Shown here: positions 8,544-17,293 of the stretch, one piece after another | Layout of the letters: each line of letters starts with the position of its first letter | How positions within the stretch are numbered: the first letter of the stretch is position 1 | Source: an uncultured delta proteobacterium | GTDB taxonomy: Bacteria > Myxococcota_A > Polyangia > Polyangiales > Houyiibacteriaceae | Reading direction: 5' to 3' | NCBI GenBank assembly: GCA_963753395.1 | Contig: CAVWBW010000008.1 | Coordinates: forward strand, 206,511 to 270,510 | Length of the DNA stretch: 64,000 nucleotides | Translations under genes and position numbers: made by a program | The notes under the pieces: model-generated | What the model was told of the DNA's origin: nothing | What the model saw: the letters and a program-made list of their open reading frames with translations, nothing else | The model's database searches: none

Positions 8544-10925
8544 CTACAGCGTCGGCTCAGCCGCGCTAGCCGGGGACGAAGCCGGAAGCGGGTCTCTCAC
8601 GACGTCGATGAGGATGTAGAGGAGCGCAACCAAGACGACGACTGTTTCGGCGGTGTACTGCTCATCGTACCAGCCGATGAAGAACTGCAGCAGCAGCCCC
8701 ACCATGACCATCAGGATCATCGCGACGGAGTACCTCATCCGCTCGATCGCGAGCGGCGCCATCAACACGACGAAGCTGTAGTAGTAGCAGGTGAGCTCAA
8801 AGAAGCCGATGATGAGAATCGTGCTTCCCGCGAGCACCGCCCATTCCGCAAGCCGCCGCCCCGCCAGCGCGAGCAGCACGAACATGCCGAGAAGCATCAG
8901 CCCGTGAAGCCAGCGTCGGTCGTGCTTGATCTCTTTTCGCTTCTGCTTCCACTTCGCCCAGGGATCTTCGAGGCTGTCGTCCTTGGTGTATCGGCCCACC
9001 GTGCTCATCTTGTACGACAGCATGGTGGGAAGCCCCATGTGATTGGTGAGCGGGGTCTCCGCGTGCTTCAGGGTATTGGAAAGGAACTGCGAATGGGCGT
9101 CGTAGCCATTGACGGCCATGCTGCCGCCGATCAGCACGACCAAGCCGAGAACGCCGCCCGCGATGAAGCGCCGGTCGGTCGTGTTGAGCCACGGACGATC
9201 GATCTTCTTGCGCCGGACGAAACGATCGATGACGGCCGCAATGGGGCCACCCGCCAGCGCTGCTGGGAACAATCGCAACAGCGCACTCCATGAGAGGGCA
9301 AAGCCCGAAAGCAGAGGGAAGCCGCGCTTCAACAGGCACACCGAAGCGACAGCCATGAAGAACCAAGGGACGCGGGCGAAGCTTCCCCCGGTCCAGAAAT
9401 ACGCCCACGGATAGCCGCAACCCCAAACCAGCACGGAGAGCGCGGTTGCTCGCAGGCCGAACGCCCAGAAGATCATGAGGAAGGCCGCGGCGTAAAGGCC
9501 GAGGTCGATCATCGTGTAGCGGAGAATGCGCGCGCGGAACGTCTTCAGGTCGTCGGGGGCAACCTTGGGAGAGGACACCTGCGGGATCTGGCTCTCCCAA
9601 CCGATGTTGGTGAGGAACGCGGCGACGGTGTTGGAGATCGGGCTCGCGTTGTAGCCGTGATCCATCAACATCTCTTTCCACCAGCCGGAGCCCATCACCG
9701 TCCGGAACGAGGCCGTGTCATGCCGAAACGCCTCCCAGCGCTCCGGGGAGAAATGCTCGGCGCAGCGCTTCTGGTAGCGGAGGGCGTCATCCTCGCTGAG
9801 GTAGTGCAAGCGGTTGTCGACCAGGTCGCGGATCTTTCGCTTCTCGAGATCGGCGGCGCCGCGCTCCTGGTAGTCGGCCGCAAGCACGCATTCGTAGAGC
9901 CGCTCGTACTCGTTCTCCTCGAAGTACTTCGAGCCGACGTAGTAGTGGAACGTGTCCCAATAGTGGACGATCCTCGAACTGTGGAATACGCCGAAATTCA
10001 GCCACGCAACCCCGCAAGCCAAGATCACCCAGACCAGCGCGCCCCGCTCCCACCAAACGCGTGCACGCTCCGCTTGCTTGGATAGCCAGATGCCCCGCGC
10101 GGCCCATGCCGCGACGATTGCGCCGAGCGCGTAGATGCCCCATTCGGCGAACCAGGGTGCAAGTCGGGCTCCTTGAAGGCGATAGGCGGCTGTGCCGAGC
10201 ATCGCGACGGCGAGTCCGACGACCGCCCACAGCCATTTCCGCTCGTCTTCCGAGCGGAAGAGCGCGATGAAAAGAAGCAGTCCGGCAAACGCCAGCACCA
10301 ACCGGTAGCGGTTGTCTCGCTTGGTCTTCAGGTTCTTCACCCACCAAGCGGTCGCGGCTTTGACCTCGATCGGCGGCGGCCACTGCGTGGGCGTTTGGCA
10401 AAATGCTTGCACCTCGCCGAGGCTGTAGAACCCATCGCCACCCTGTGCGCGTATGCGGAGGTAACGGCCTTTCCCGCTGAGTTGGCGTCCGCTCCGCCGC
10501 CGCATGCCTTCCCCGGAGACCGGATCGCCGACCCACAATCTCGTGAAGGTCCGTTGGTCGTCGGAGAGCTCGACGATGTACTCATCGTTGTTGTCACCCT
10601 GCAGGTCGACCGCGGTCACCGCCATCGACTCGCCGAGATCGTAGACGACGTGGGCGTTGGTATCGGCCAGCACCGAGGTGTGCTCGGTCTGCCAGACGTC
10701 GCCGGACCCCGGCATGACCCCGTTGGTGAGCCTCTCGGTGTGAGTCACCCCAGGGCGGGCGATCGGGGCTTTCCCGGCCAGGAGGTTCCCCTCTGGACAA
10801 ACGGCCTCCTGGGCCGCCGCAGGTGCGGCTGTCGCCAGGCAAAGCAAGGAAATGATGGTAATTCGCTTCACGACCGCGCGCACCGTACGCAACGGAGTCC
10901 CGACTGACAAGTGCCCGACATCCAC
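8544..10925 (-). CDS. polytopic membrane protein with N-terminal discoidin (F5/8 type C)-like domain; possible GT-C-type glycosyltransferase
   Basis: Signal-like N-terminus (alternative GTG start 10871: VKRITIISLLCLATAAPAAAQEA). VVYDLGESMAVTAVDLQGDNNDEYIVELSDDQRTF...GRYLRIRAQGGDGFYSLGEVQAF resembles a discoidin domain. More than 12 hydrophobic segments follow. Confidence 0.6.
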   Translation of the reverse strand: MDVGHLSVGTPLRTVRAVVKRITIISLLCLATAAPAAAQEAVCPEGNLLAGKAPIARPGVTHTERLTNGVMPGSGDVWQTEHTSVLADTNAHVVYDLGESMAVTAVDLQGDNNDEYIVELSDDQRTFTRLWVGDPVSGEGMRRRSGRQLSGKGRYLRIRAQGGDGFYSLGEVQAFCQTPTQWPPPIEVKAATAWWVKNLKTKRDNRYRLVLAFAGLLLFIALFRSEDERKWLWAVVGLAVAMLGTAAYRLQGARLAPWFAEWGIYALGAIVAAWAARGIWLSKQAERARVWWERGALVWVILACGVAWLNFGVFHSSRIVHYWDTFHYYVGSKYFEENEYERLYECVLAADYQERGAADLEKRKIRDLVDNRLHYLSEDDALRYQKRCAEHFSPERWEAFRHDTASFRTVMGSGWWKEMLMDHGYNASPISNTVAAFLTNIGWESQIPQVSSPKVAPDDLKTFRARILRYTMIDLGLYAAAFLMIFWAFGLRATALSVLVWGCGYPWAYFWTGGSFARVPWFFMAVASVCLLKRGFPLLSGFALSWSALLRLFPAALAGGPIAAVIDRFVRRKKIDRPWLNTTDRRFIAGGVLGLVVLIGGSMAVNGYDAHSQFLSNTLKHAETPLTNHMGLPTMLSYKMSTVGRYTKDDSLEDPWAKWKQKRKEIKHDRRWLHGLMLLGMFVLLALAGRRLAEWAVLAGSTILIIGFFELTCYYYSFVVLMAPLAIERMRYSVAMILMVMVGLLLQFFIGWYDEQYTAETVVVLVALLYILIDVVRDPLPASSPASAAEPTL

Positions 10926-10965
10926 CCACTAGACTTCGGCGCCACACGGACTTACGGATAAGCCA

Positions 10966-11307
10966 ATGGCGTCACAATCCTCGAAAAAGGTCCCCGCTGA
11001 GCGCCCCAAGCGCGATGTCGTGCTGGTGTGCGGGCAATCCGAGGACGGCCGGGAGTACGGCGTGCTCCGGCAACGCGGCACGGACATCGAGGTCGGCACT
11101 ATGCGCCCGCTCGACCAAGGCAAGCCGATCCACGGCGAGGTGGTCCGTCTGAAGCCCCGCGAGGAGTCGCCGGCCTTGTTCGACGTCGAGGTTCACCACG
11201 ACGCTCGCCCGTCTATCGGCCGCCCCGCAAAGGTCGCCTCGGAGCAGTACCGCAAGGGCTGGGAATCGATCTGGGCAAAGAAGCGCCCCGACCGCTCGCT
11301 CAATTAA
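10966..11307 (+). CDS. hypothetical protein (113 aa)
   Basis: ORF track entry with coding-like composition; no recognisable motif. Confidence 0.5.
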   Translation: MASQSSKKVPAERPKRDVVLVCGQSEDGREYGVLRQRGTDIEVGTMRPLDQGKPIHGEVVRLKPREESPALFDVEVHHDARPSIGRPAKVASEQYRKGWESIWAKKRPDRSLN

Positions 11308-11334
11308 AAAGGGTGCCGCCCGCTGGCGACACCC
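11304..11334 (-). terminator. rho-independent terminator (minus strand)
   Basis: Minus strand reads GGGTGTCGCC-AGCG-GGCGGCACCC (10-bp stem including one G-U pair) followed by TTTTTAA. It lies 3' of the 11362..11868 gene. Confidence 0.7.
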
Positions 11335-11361
11335 TCCCCCCTGCTGCCTTGGAGTCGACCG

Positions 11362-11868
11362 TTAGGTCACGTAGTCTTTGAGTCGCTCGACATCGCGGTA
11401 GTCCTGAAGGCGCGCGAGGCCCGCGGTCTCGACCTGCCGGACACGCTCTCGCGTGAGGTTCATGATCTCACCGACCTCTTCGAGGGTGATGCCACCACGG
11501 TCGGCCACATCGAGAGCGCAGGTCTCCGTCATCTCCCAGATTTCGACGTCTGGGAAGTTGAGCTTGATCGATCCGCGCACTGGGTGGACGTCGATGTACA
11601 GGTGGTACTTGCAGGAGACGAAGGGACACGGCCGCTCCATGTCCTTGCATTCCGACCGGCTCCTCGGCTTCCAATAATCGGTTTCCGGATAGAGCTCTCG
11701 GCCACGGTTGAGCTCCGCCTTGCTCAACCGCCGGATTGAAATCGTGCGAGCACGGGCGCGGGAGCGTCGCTTTCTGCGCCCCCGCCGCTCTCCAGGCGCC
11801 GGCTCCGCGAGTGCGTCCGCGAGTGACTCGCCCTCCTCCTCAGCCGGTGCTGGATTCCCCATCGACAA
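11362..11868 (-). CDS. sigma-70 region 4-like HTH protein with Cys-rich segment
   Basis: C-terminal [28 protein letters not shown] is a region-4 HTH. It is preceded by [22 protein letters not shown] and an Arg/Lys-rich N-terminus. Confidence 0.65.
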   Translation of the reverse strand: MSMGNPAPAEEEGESLADALAEPAPGERRGRRKRRSRARARTISIRRLSKAELNRGRELYPETDYWKPRSRSECKDMERPCPFVSCKYHLYIDVHPVRGSIKLNFPDVEIWEMTETCALDVADRGGITLEEVGEIMNLTRERVRQVETAGLARLQDYRDVERLKDYVT

Positions 11869-11912
11869 CTTTTGCGCTTGCGTCCTTCATGCGACCTCTC
11901 CCCCTCGAATCC

Positions 11913-12473
11913 TCAGACTGCGGCTCGCGCCATGCGGGCCCGCATCGTCAGGCGCCGCTCGATGACTTCGAGCTTTTGAACGAGCTCTCTCCCGAGCTCG
12001 CGAGCTTCATTGAGCGCACCGCCGACACCGACGTCGTCGGCTCCCTGGCGCGCTTGCTCGTGCACGGCGTCTTCGATCGCCTCGTACACGCGCTTGAGTT
12101 GCCGGCTCAACGCATCGATATCGCCTCGAACGAAGAGGAACTCCTTTTGGATTTCCTCCATCGTGAAGCCCTGACGCATGAGCCGACGGATGTGATCGAT
12201 TTGGCGAACAGCCGTCGCCGGGTAGAGCCCTTGGGAGCCCCTATGCTTGCCCTTGCGACCTACGCGGACGCTACGGGGCAGTAACCCGAGCTGGACGTAC
12301 TTGCGGAAGGTCGCCTCGGAGAGCCGCGTCCCTCGGGCCGTGAAGACCTCGACGATCTGCTGAACGCTCATCCCGTCCGAGTGGGCCTGCTCGATCGCCT
12401 CGAGCTCCTCCTCCGACCAAACCTTGGCCTCGAGTTCCCGATGTCTCCGCTGCTGTCCTCTTGGTAGAGTCAT
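11913..12473 (-). CDS. MerR-like HTH DNA-binding protein
   Basis: GLYPATAVRQIDHIRRLMRQGFTMEEIQKEF resembles a MerR-type HTH. It is the first gene of a two-gene minus-strand unit downstream of a striking AT-rich island. Confidence 0.55.
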   Translation of the reverse strand: MTLPRGQQRRHRELEAKVWSEEELEAIEQAHSDGMSVQQIVEVFTARGTRLSEATFRKYVQLGLLPRSVRVGRKGKHRGSQGLYPATAVRQIDHIRRLMRQGFTMEEIQKEFLFVRGDIDALSRQLKRVYEAIEDAVHEQARQGADDVGVGGALNEARELGRELVQKLEVIERRLTMRARMARAAV

Positions 12474-12570
12474 TTGAATAACTTATAGCGAATGTATTCT
12501 ATTCAAAATAATTAGGTCAATCGCAAAATACATAAAATCATAAATGCTTGTAATTATTGTGTTTTTAGAC
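12474..12570 (-). promoter_or_regulatory. AT-rich (~25-30% GC) promoter/operator island
   Basis: About 100 bp of AT-rich DNA sits in a ~68% GC context, immediately 5' of the MerR-like gene. An 8-bp inverted repeat TTTGAATA (12473-12480) / TATTCAAA (12500-12507) abuts the start codon. TTGACC and TATAAG hexamers are present on the minus strand. Confidence 0.5.
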
Positions 12571-12783
12571 CCTCCGGTGCCGACCCGGGTTGAGTTTGAG
12601 GCTTGATTTGCGATCTACTGATCAGTCAAGAGATCCGAATTGAGCCCATGAACGCATCGAGTCCGTGACCGAGGAAGGGCCCGGGAACGGTGCCGAGGAC
12701 GGGTCCTGGGACGGGTTCGGGCACGCGCTCTACCTGGCGGAAATTGACCTCGGGGATCGAACCCAGTACCAGCCTACAAGCGC

Positions 12784-13638
12784 ATGGATTCGCGGGCTTT
12801 TCGACGGTTTCGGCGGAACAAGGGGGCGTTGGCGGGCCTGGTTCTGGTCATTGCGGTCACCCTGCTGGGCATCGCCGGGCCCTGGCTCGCCCCCTATGAC
12901 CCCGTTGAGCAGTTCACGGATTCGCTGCTGCTCGACAACGGACTCCCCGCCGGCCCCGGCGTGACACCAGGACACTGGCTAGGCGGGGACGACCTCGCGC
13001 GTGATGAGCTGAGCCGCCTGCTCAGTGGCGCGCGGATCTCGATGCTCGTCGCCTACTTGGCCACCGGACTCGCGGTGCTGATCGGCGTCGCGATCGGGCT
13101 CGTGTCCGGCTACATCGGGGGCCGCCTCGACACAATGCTGATGCGGCTAGTCGACGTCGTGCTTTCGATGCCGTTCCTACTCATCGCCATCGTCATGCAA
13201 CGCGTGTTCGACGCTCCAGGCATATGGACGATATGCATCGTGCTCGGGGTACTCTCCTGGACCACGCTCGCCCGCGTGACCCGCGCCAAGACCATGGAGG
13301 CGCGCGAGCTCGACTACATCCAAGCGGCGAGAGCACTCGGGCTGCGGCATTTCCGAATCCTCGCGCGTCACGTGCTCCCGAACGTCGCCGGTCCGATCAT
13401 CGCAATCGCAACGATCATGGTCGCCCGCATGATCATCGCCGAGAGCGCTCTCTCCTTTCTCGGTTTGGGCGTCAGACCGCCGACGGCAAGCTGGGGCTCG
13501 ATGCTCAACGACAGTCAATCGCTGTTGCTCGGCGTGCCTCGCTTGACGCTCTACCCCGCGGTTCTGATCAGCATGGCGGTGTTTGGCTTCAACCTCTTTG
13601 GAGAAGGGCTGCGCGATGCGTTCGACCCCAAAGACTGA
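12784..13638 (+). CDS. ABC transporter permease (DppC/OppC type)
   Basis: N-terminal FRRFRRNKGALAGLVLV...LAPYDP and the EAA-like loop IQAARALGLRHFRILARHVLPNV. Confidence 0.88.
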   Translation: MDSRAFRRFRRNKGALAGLVLVIAVTLLGIAGPWLAPYDPVEQFTDSLLLDNGLPAGPGVTPGHWLGGDDLARDELSRLLSGARISMLVAYLATGLAVLIGVAIGLVSGYIGGRLDTMLMRLVDVVLSMPFLLIAIVMQRVFDAPGIWTICIVLGVLSWTTLARVTRAKTMEARELDYIQAARALGLRHFRILARHVLPNVAGPIIAIATIMVARMIIAESALSFLGLGVRPPTASWGSMLNDSQSLLLGVPRLTLYPAVLISMAVFGFNLFGEGLRDAFDPKD

Positions 13639-15346
13639 GCGGCTCGCCATTCGTGCGGTTGGCGCCCTCATCGTGCTTGCCGGCCTCACGCTCCTCGTGA
13701 GCTGGGTCGTTTCGAACTTCCCGAAAGCGCCGATCGGGCCGCGCTTCGTGGGTGCAGGCAACCAAACGCCGCGTGCCGGAGGGACGTTCCTCTTCGCGGC
13801 CGGAAGCAACATCCACACCCTCGATCCGCACTTCGCGTACGACACTCTTTCGACCGCGGCCTGCCGGCTGCTCTACGACGGGCTCCTCGACTACGACTAC
13901 GACGGCGAGATGATTCCAAGCCTCGCAGCGAAGCTCCCCGCGGTTTCGGACGGCGGGCGTGTCTTTCGGTTCGAGCTGCGCGACGGCATCAAGTTTCACA
14001 ACGGGCGTGAAGTCATCGCTGAAGACATTTCCTGGTCGATGCACAGACTCCTGTCGGAGCGCATCGGCTCCCCTGGCTATCCCTTCTTCAAGTCCATCGA
14101 GGGCGCCGCGGCGTACCACGCTGGCGAAGTGGACCACATCGAAGGTATCGTCGTCATCGATGACAAGACCCTCGAGTTTCGACTCGACGAGGCCGATCAG
14201 ACTTTCTTGAACGCGCTCGCGATGCCGTTCGCGTACCCCGTCCCCCGGGAGCACGTCGAGCCGCTCGAAGAAGCCGAGGGAGTGGACGCCGTGGGGCAAC
14301 ATCCCATCGGTGCCGGTCCTTTCGCCTTTGCGCGCTGGGAGCGAGGCGTGCAGGTGGAGTTTCAACGCTTCGACGACTACTGGGCGCCCGCTGCGCGCCC
14401 CGACCGCATGGTGTTTCTCGAGAACATCTCCGGTGACGTCGCCAGCGCGCGCTTCCGCAACGGCGACCTCGACATCATCTACCGTCCGAGCAAGGTCAAT
14501 CGCCTCTTCTTGAGAAGCGCTGATGCCTGGGCGCCCTACCGTGCCGAGTCTCCTAGCCCGTCGGTGTTCGCCCTCGGCCTCAACTGCGAGCTCCCGCCAT
14601 TCGACAACGTGCACGTGCGCCGCGCTGTCGCGTTTGCGCTCGACCGTTCGAAGATGGAGCGACTCAACCCTGGTGAGGTGATCGCCGCGTCCCAGGTCCT
14701 TCCGCCGATGCTCGCTCCGTACGACCCCGATCTCCCGACTCGGCAGAGCTTCGACCTGGAACGGGCCAAAGAGGAGATGCGCCTCGCAGGCTTCCCCGAT
14801 GGGATCGAAGAGCCGGTCACCGTGTGGGTGCGCGGCGAGGGCGACGTCCGCCTCGCGCAGCTTTTCCAGCAGGAGCTAAAGGCGATCGGGATCGAGATCG
14901 ACCTCAAGCAAGTCACCTTCGCGACTTACCTTCGCGAAACGGGCAAGCCGCGCGTCGCGCAGGCGGCCTTCACCGGCTGGCACCAGGACTTCCCCGATCC
15001 CTCGAACTTCATGGACATCCTGTTCCACAGCCGCTCGATCCATCCGCAGAACTCCGAGAATCGCTCGTTCTACCGGAACCCGAAGCTCGACGAGATCCTC
15101 GACCGCGCTCGACCCGAGACGGACCGCGACAAACGCTTGGCGCTCTACGCCGAGGCCAACGCGATCCTCGCCGAGGACGCGCCATGGGCCTTCCTTTTCT
15201 ACCCCGTCGACATGTTCGCCTGGCAGCCGTACGTGAAGGGGTTTCGGCCACATCCCGTCTGGCTCAACGAGTACCGGCACGTCTGGCTCGACCTGCCGAA
15301 GAAGCGAGTCAGCCAGTTGATCTACGAACAGGAGCAAAGCCCATGA
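13616..15346 (+). CDS. ABC transporter substrate-binding protein, family 5 (peptide/nickel)
   Basis: Start trimmed to ATG 13616 (MRSTPKTERLAIRAVGALIVLAGL signal/anchor). Length and motifs (NIHTLDPHFAYD..., FHNGREV, YWAPAARPDRMVF) fit SBP_bac_5. Confidence 0.85.
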   Translation: MRSTPKTERLAIRAVGALIVLAGLTLLVSWVVSNFPKAPIGPRFVGAGNQTPRAGGTFLFAAGSNIHTLDPHFAYDTLSTAACRLLYDGLLDYDYDGEMIPSLAAKLPAVSDGGRVFRFELRDGIKFHNGREVIAEDISWSMHRLLSERIGSPGYPFFKSIEGAAAYHAGEVDHIEGIVVIDDKTLEFRLDEADQTFLNALAMPFAYPVPREHVEPLEEAEGVDAVGQHPIGAGPFAFARWERGVQVEFQRFDDYWAPAARPDRMVFLENISGDVASARFRNGDLDIIYRPSKVNRLFLRSADAWAPYRAESPSPSVFALGLNCELPPFDNVHVRRAVAFALDRSKMERLNPGEVIAASQVLPPMLAPYDPDLPTRQSFDLERAKEEMRLAGFPDGIEEPVTVWVRGEGDVRLAQLFQQELKAIGIEIDLKQVTFATYLRETGKPRVAQAAFTGWHQDFPDPSNFMDILFHSRSIHPQNSENRSFYRNPKLDEILDRARPETDRDKRLALYAEANAILAEDAPWAFLFYPVDMFAWQPYVKGFRPHPVWLNEYRHVWLDLPKKRVSQLIYEQEQSP

Positions 15347-16344
15347 TCCAGTTCATCGTGCAGCGCGCGCTCTGGGGCGTCCTCGTCGTGATGTCGGTCG
15401 TCACTCTGGTGTTCTTCCTGATCTTCGTCGCAGGCGACCCGGCGGTGACCATCCTCGGTCCACAAGCGCGCGCCGAGCAGATCGCGGATTTCCGCGCCAA
15501 GAAGGGCCTCGACCAACCGGTCACGACTCAGTTCTTGAGTTACCTCGGGGTACTGCCGTGCGTCCGCAAGGATTCGCCGAAGTACGAACGCGGAGATGGC
15601 TCACGCGGCTTCTGCGGAGTGTTGCAAGGCGACCTCGGCGAATCCTACTCGCACCACGAGTCGGTCGCCGCCGTCATCGGGCACCGGCTTCCGCGAACTT
15701 TGCTCCTTGCCACGCTCGCAATTCTGTTCGAGCTCATCATCGGATTGAGCGCCGGCATCATTGCGGCGCTTCGACGGAACCGTTGGACCGACACCTCGAT
15801 CATGTTCGCGACTTTCATCGGCATCAGCCTACCCACCTACGTCACGGGGCCCATTGCGCTCCTGCTCTTCGCATTCTTACTCGGTTGGTTTCCCTTCGGC
15901 GGCTACGGCGTCGACGCCGTCGATCACGTCTACCACGCCCTCTTGCCCTCGCTCATTCTGGCCATCGCCGGCGCCGCGACCTACGCGCGCGTGATGCGTG
16001 GCGAGCTGATCGAAACCCTGCGTCACGACCACGTCCGTACGGCCAAGGCCAAGGGCATGCCCGCACGCCAGGTCGTCGTTCGCCACGCGATCCGCAACGC
16101 CTTGCTTCCGGTCGTGACTATGATCGGCCTGAGCCTGCCGTTCTTGGTCGGCGGCGCGATCATCACCGAGAAGATCTTCGCCTGGCCGGGCCTCGGCTTA
16201 CTGACCATCGAATCGATCCACTCGCTCGACGCGCCGGTGATCATGGCGGTCGTGTTGATGTTTGGTGTCGCGGTACAGGTGGGGAATCTGTTGGCGGACA
16301 TCGCGGTGGCGGCGCTGGATCCGAGGATACGCTTGAGTGAGTGA
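15343..16344 (+). CDS. ABC transporter permease (DppB/OppB type)
   Basis: ATGA overlap with the SBP stop. MIQFIVQRALWGVLVVMSVVTLVFFLIFVAGDP N-terminus and VRTAKAKGMPARQVVVRHAIRNALLPVVT loop. The upstream part of ORF 14824..16344 is out-of-frame overlap. Confidence 0.88.
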   Translation: MIQFIVQRALWGVLVVMSVVTLVFFLIFVAGDPAVTILGPQARAEQIADFRAKKGLDQPVTTQFLSYLGVLPCVRKDSPKYERGDGSRGFCGVLQGDLGESYSHHESVAAVIGHRLPRTLLLATLAILFELIIGLSAGIIAALRRNRWTDTSIMFATFIGISLPTYVTGPIALLLFAFLLGWFPFGGYGVDAVDHVYHALLPSLILAIAGAATYARVMRGELIETLRHDHVRTAKAKGMPARQVVVRHAIRNALLPVVTMIGLSLPFLVGGAIITEKIFAWPGLGLLTIESIHSLDAPVIMAVVLMFGVAVQVGNLLADIAVAALDPRIRLSE

Positions 16345-16352
16345 CCGCTTGT

Positions 16353-16516
16353 GCTGCCGCGCGTGTCTTGGGGGGGGCGGTTGCGTATGGAGGAGAATCG
16401 GTCGGGATGCGCGGCACAGCGACGGGGCGGGAGGCGAGTTGTATGCCGCCGTATGGAGCCGGCCGAGCGGGGTCCCCGGCGCGAGCACGTGCGTCGCGAC
16501 CGAGTCTCCGGGCCTT
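16353..16516 (+). repeat. ~165-nt dispersed hairpin-capable repeat element, copy A
   Basis: Aligns at roughly 85-90% identity (by eye) to the reverse complement of 48613-48774. Internal 12-mers GGAGAATCGGTC (16392-16403) and GACCGAGTCTCC (16498-16509) are near-perfect reverse complements. It fills the gap between convergent genes. Confidence 0.85.
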
Positions 16517-17293
16517 CTACCGCTTGCGCTTCGGTCTGACCGGGAAGATCTTTCTTTCCGCATCTTCCCGCGGGGCGAACACCAGCATCGCGTCGAGCTT
16601 GATCTTCTTTCGCGTCCCGTTGGGGAGTTTGATGATGCAGACGCTGTCGGCGGAGAGGCCCTCGATCTTGCAGAGGCCGAACTTCTGATGCTCGATCCAA
16701 TCGCCCCGGAGCGGTTTGGGCACCTCGGCGACCGGTTCCGCTCTGGCTGACAACTCGGCGGCCATCGCCCAGGACGCGGCAGCGGGCTCGCCGCCCGGTG
16801 CGGCTTCCGCAGTGGTTCCTCTGGTCTCTTCGGGCTCCGCCGCATCCGCCCAAAGCTGAAGCCCCGTTGCCGGATCGTCCGCGCGTCGCAGCTCGATCTC
16901 ATCGAAGCAGTCGATCCGAAACTCGAGTGCGAACACCACGGCATCGGCGACGTGCCCACCGTAGGTCACGTCACGGCCATCCTCGCGCAGCGAAACCGTC
17001 GCATGAAGATGCCAAAACGGCTCGCCGTCGCGAAGCGAGAGGTTGCCCTGCATCGACAGCAGCTCGCATCGCTCAAAGCGATGTGCTTCTTCGTACCGGC
17101 GCTCGACCTGATTGTACTCAGTCAGCGCGATTTGCTCGAAGGCGCCAATCGCGCTCACCCAAGCGGTTCGAAGGTCGTGTTCGACGACCAGCCGCTTGAA
17201 GGCGGCTTGAAGCGACTCCCCGTGAAAGACGCGACCGATGATCGTTCGCGAAGCCCGCGCCTCGACGGACAGTGTTCCATTGGCGCCGGTCAC
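16517..17293 (-). CDS. PPC (DUF296) domain DNA-binding-like protein
   Basis: N-terminal IGRVFHGESL...CELLSMQGNLSLRDGEPFWHLHATVSL...YGGHVADAVVFA pattern of PPC domains. GTG start with GTGA overlap on the pgsA stop. Confidence 0.65.
   Translation of the reverse strand: MTGANGTLSVEARASRTIIGRVFHGESLQAAFKRLVVEHDLRTAWVSAIGAFEQIALTEYNQVERRYEEAHRFERCELLSMQGNLSLRDGEPFWHLHATVSLREDGRDVTYGGHVADAVVFALEFRIDCFDEIELRRADDPATGLQLWADAAEPEETRGTTAEAAPGGEPAAASWAMAAELSARAEPVAEVPKPLRGDWIEHQKFGLCKIEGLSADSVCIIKLPNGTRKKIKLDAMLVFAPREDAERKIFPVRPKRKR

Noticed and set aside
8154-8619. ORFs 8154..8507(+) and 8326..8619(+)
   Set aside because: They lie within or antisense to the RNase P RNA gene.
12748-12770. tRNA T-arm-like sequence (minus strand GGGTTCGATCCCC) just upstream of the ABC permease, possibly an att-site or tRNA remnant next to the AT-rich island
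   Set aside because: I could not fold an acceptor, anticodon or D arm around it. The T-stem itself has a mismatch, and no integrase is nearby. It is retained only as a curiosity.
12665-12964. ORF 12665..12964 (+), whose first ~30 codons have high GC3 (VTEEGPGNGAEDGSWDGFGHALYLAEIDLGD)
   Set aside because: It overlaps the well-supported permease start (12784) by 180 nt in another frame. It has no RBS or motif, and the permease N-terminus is already complete.
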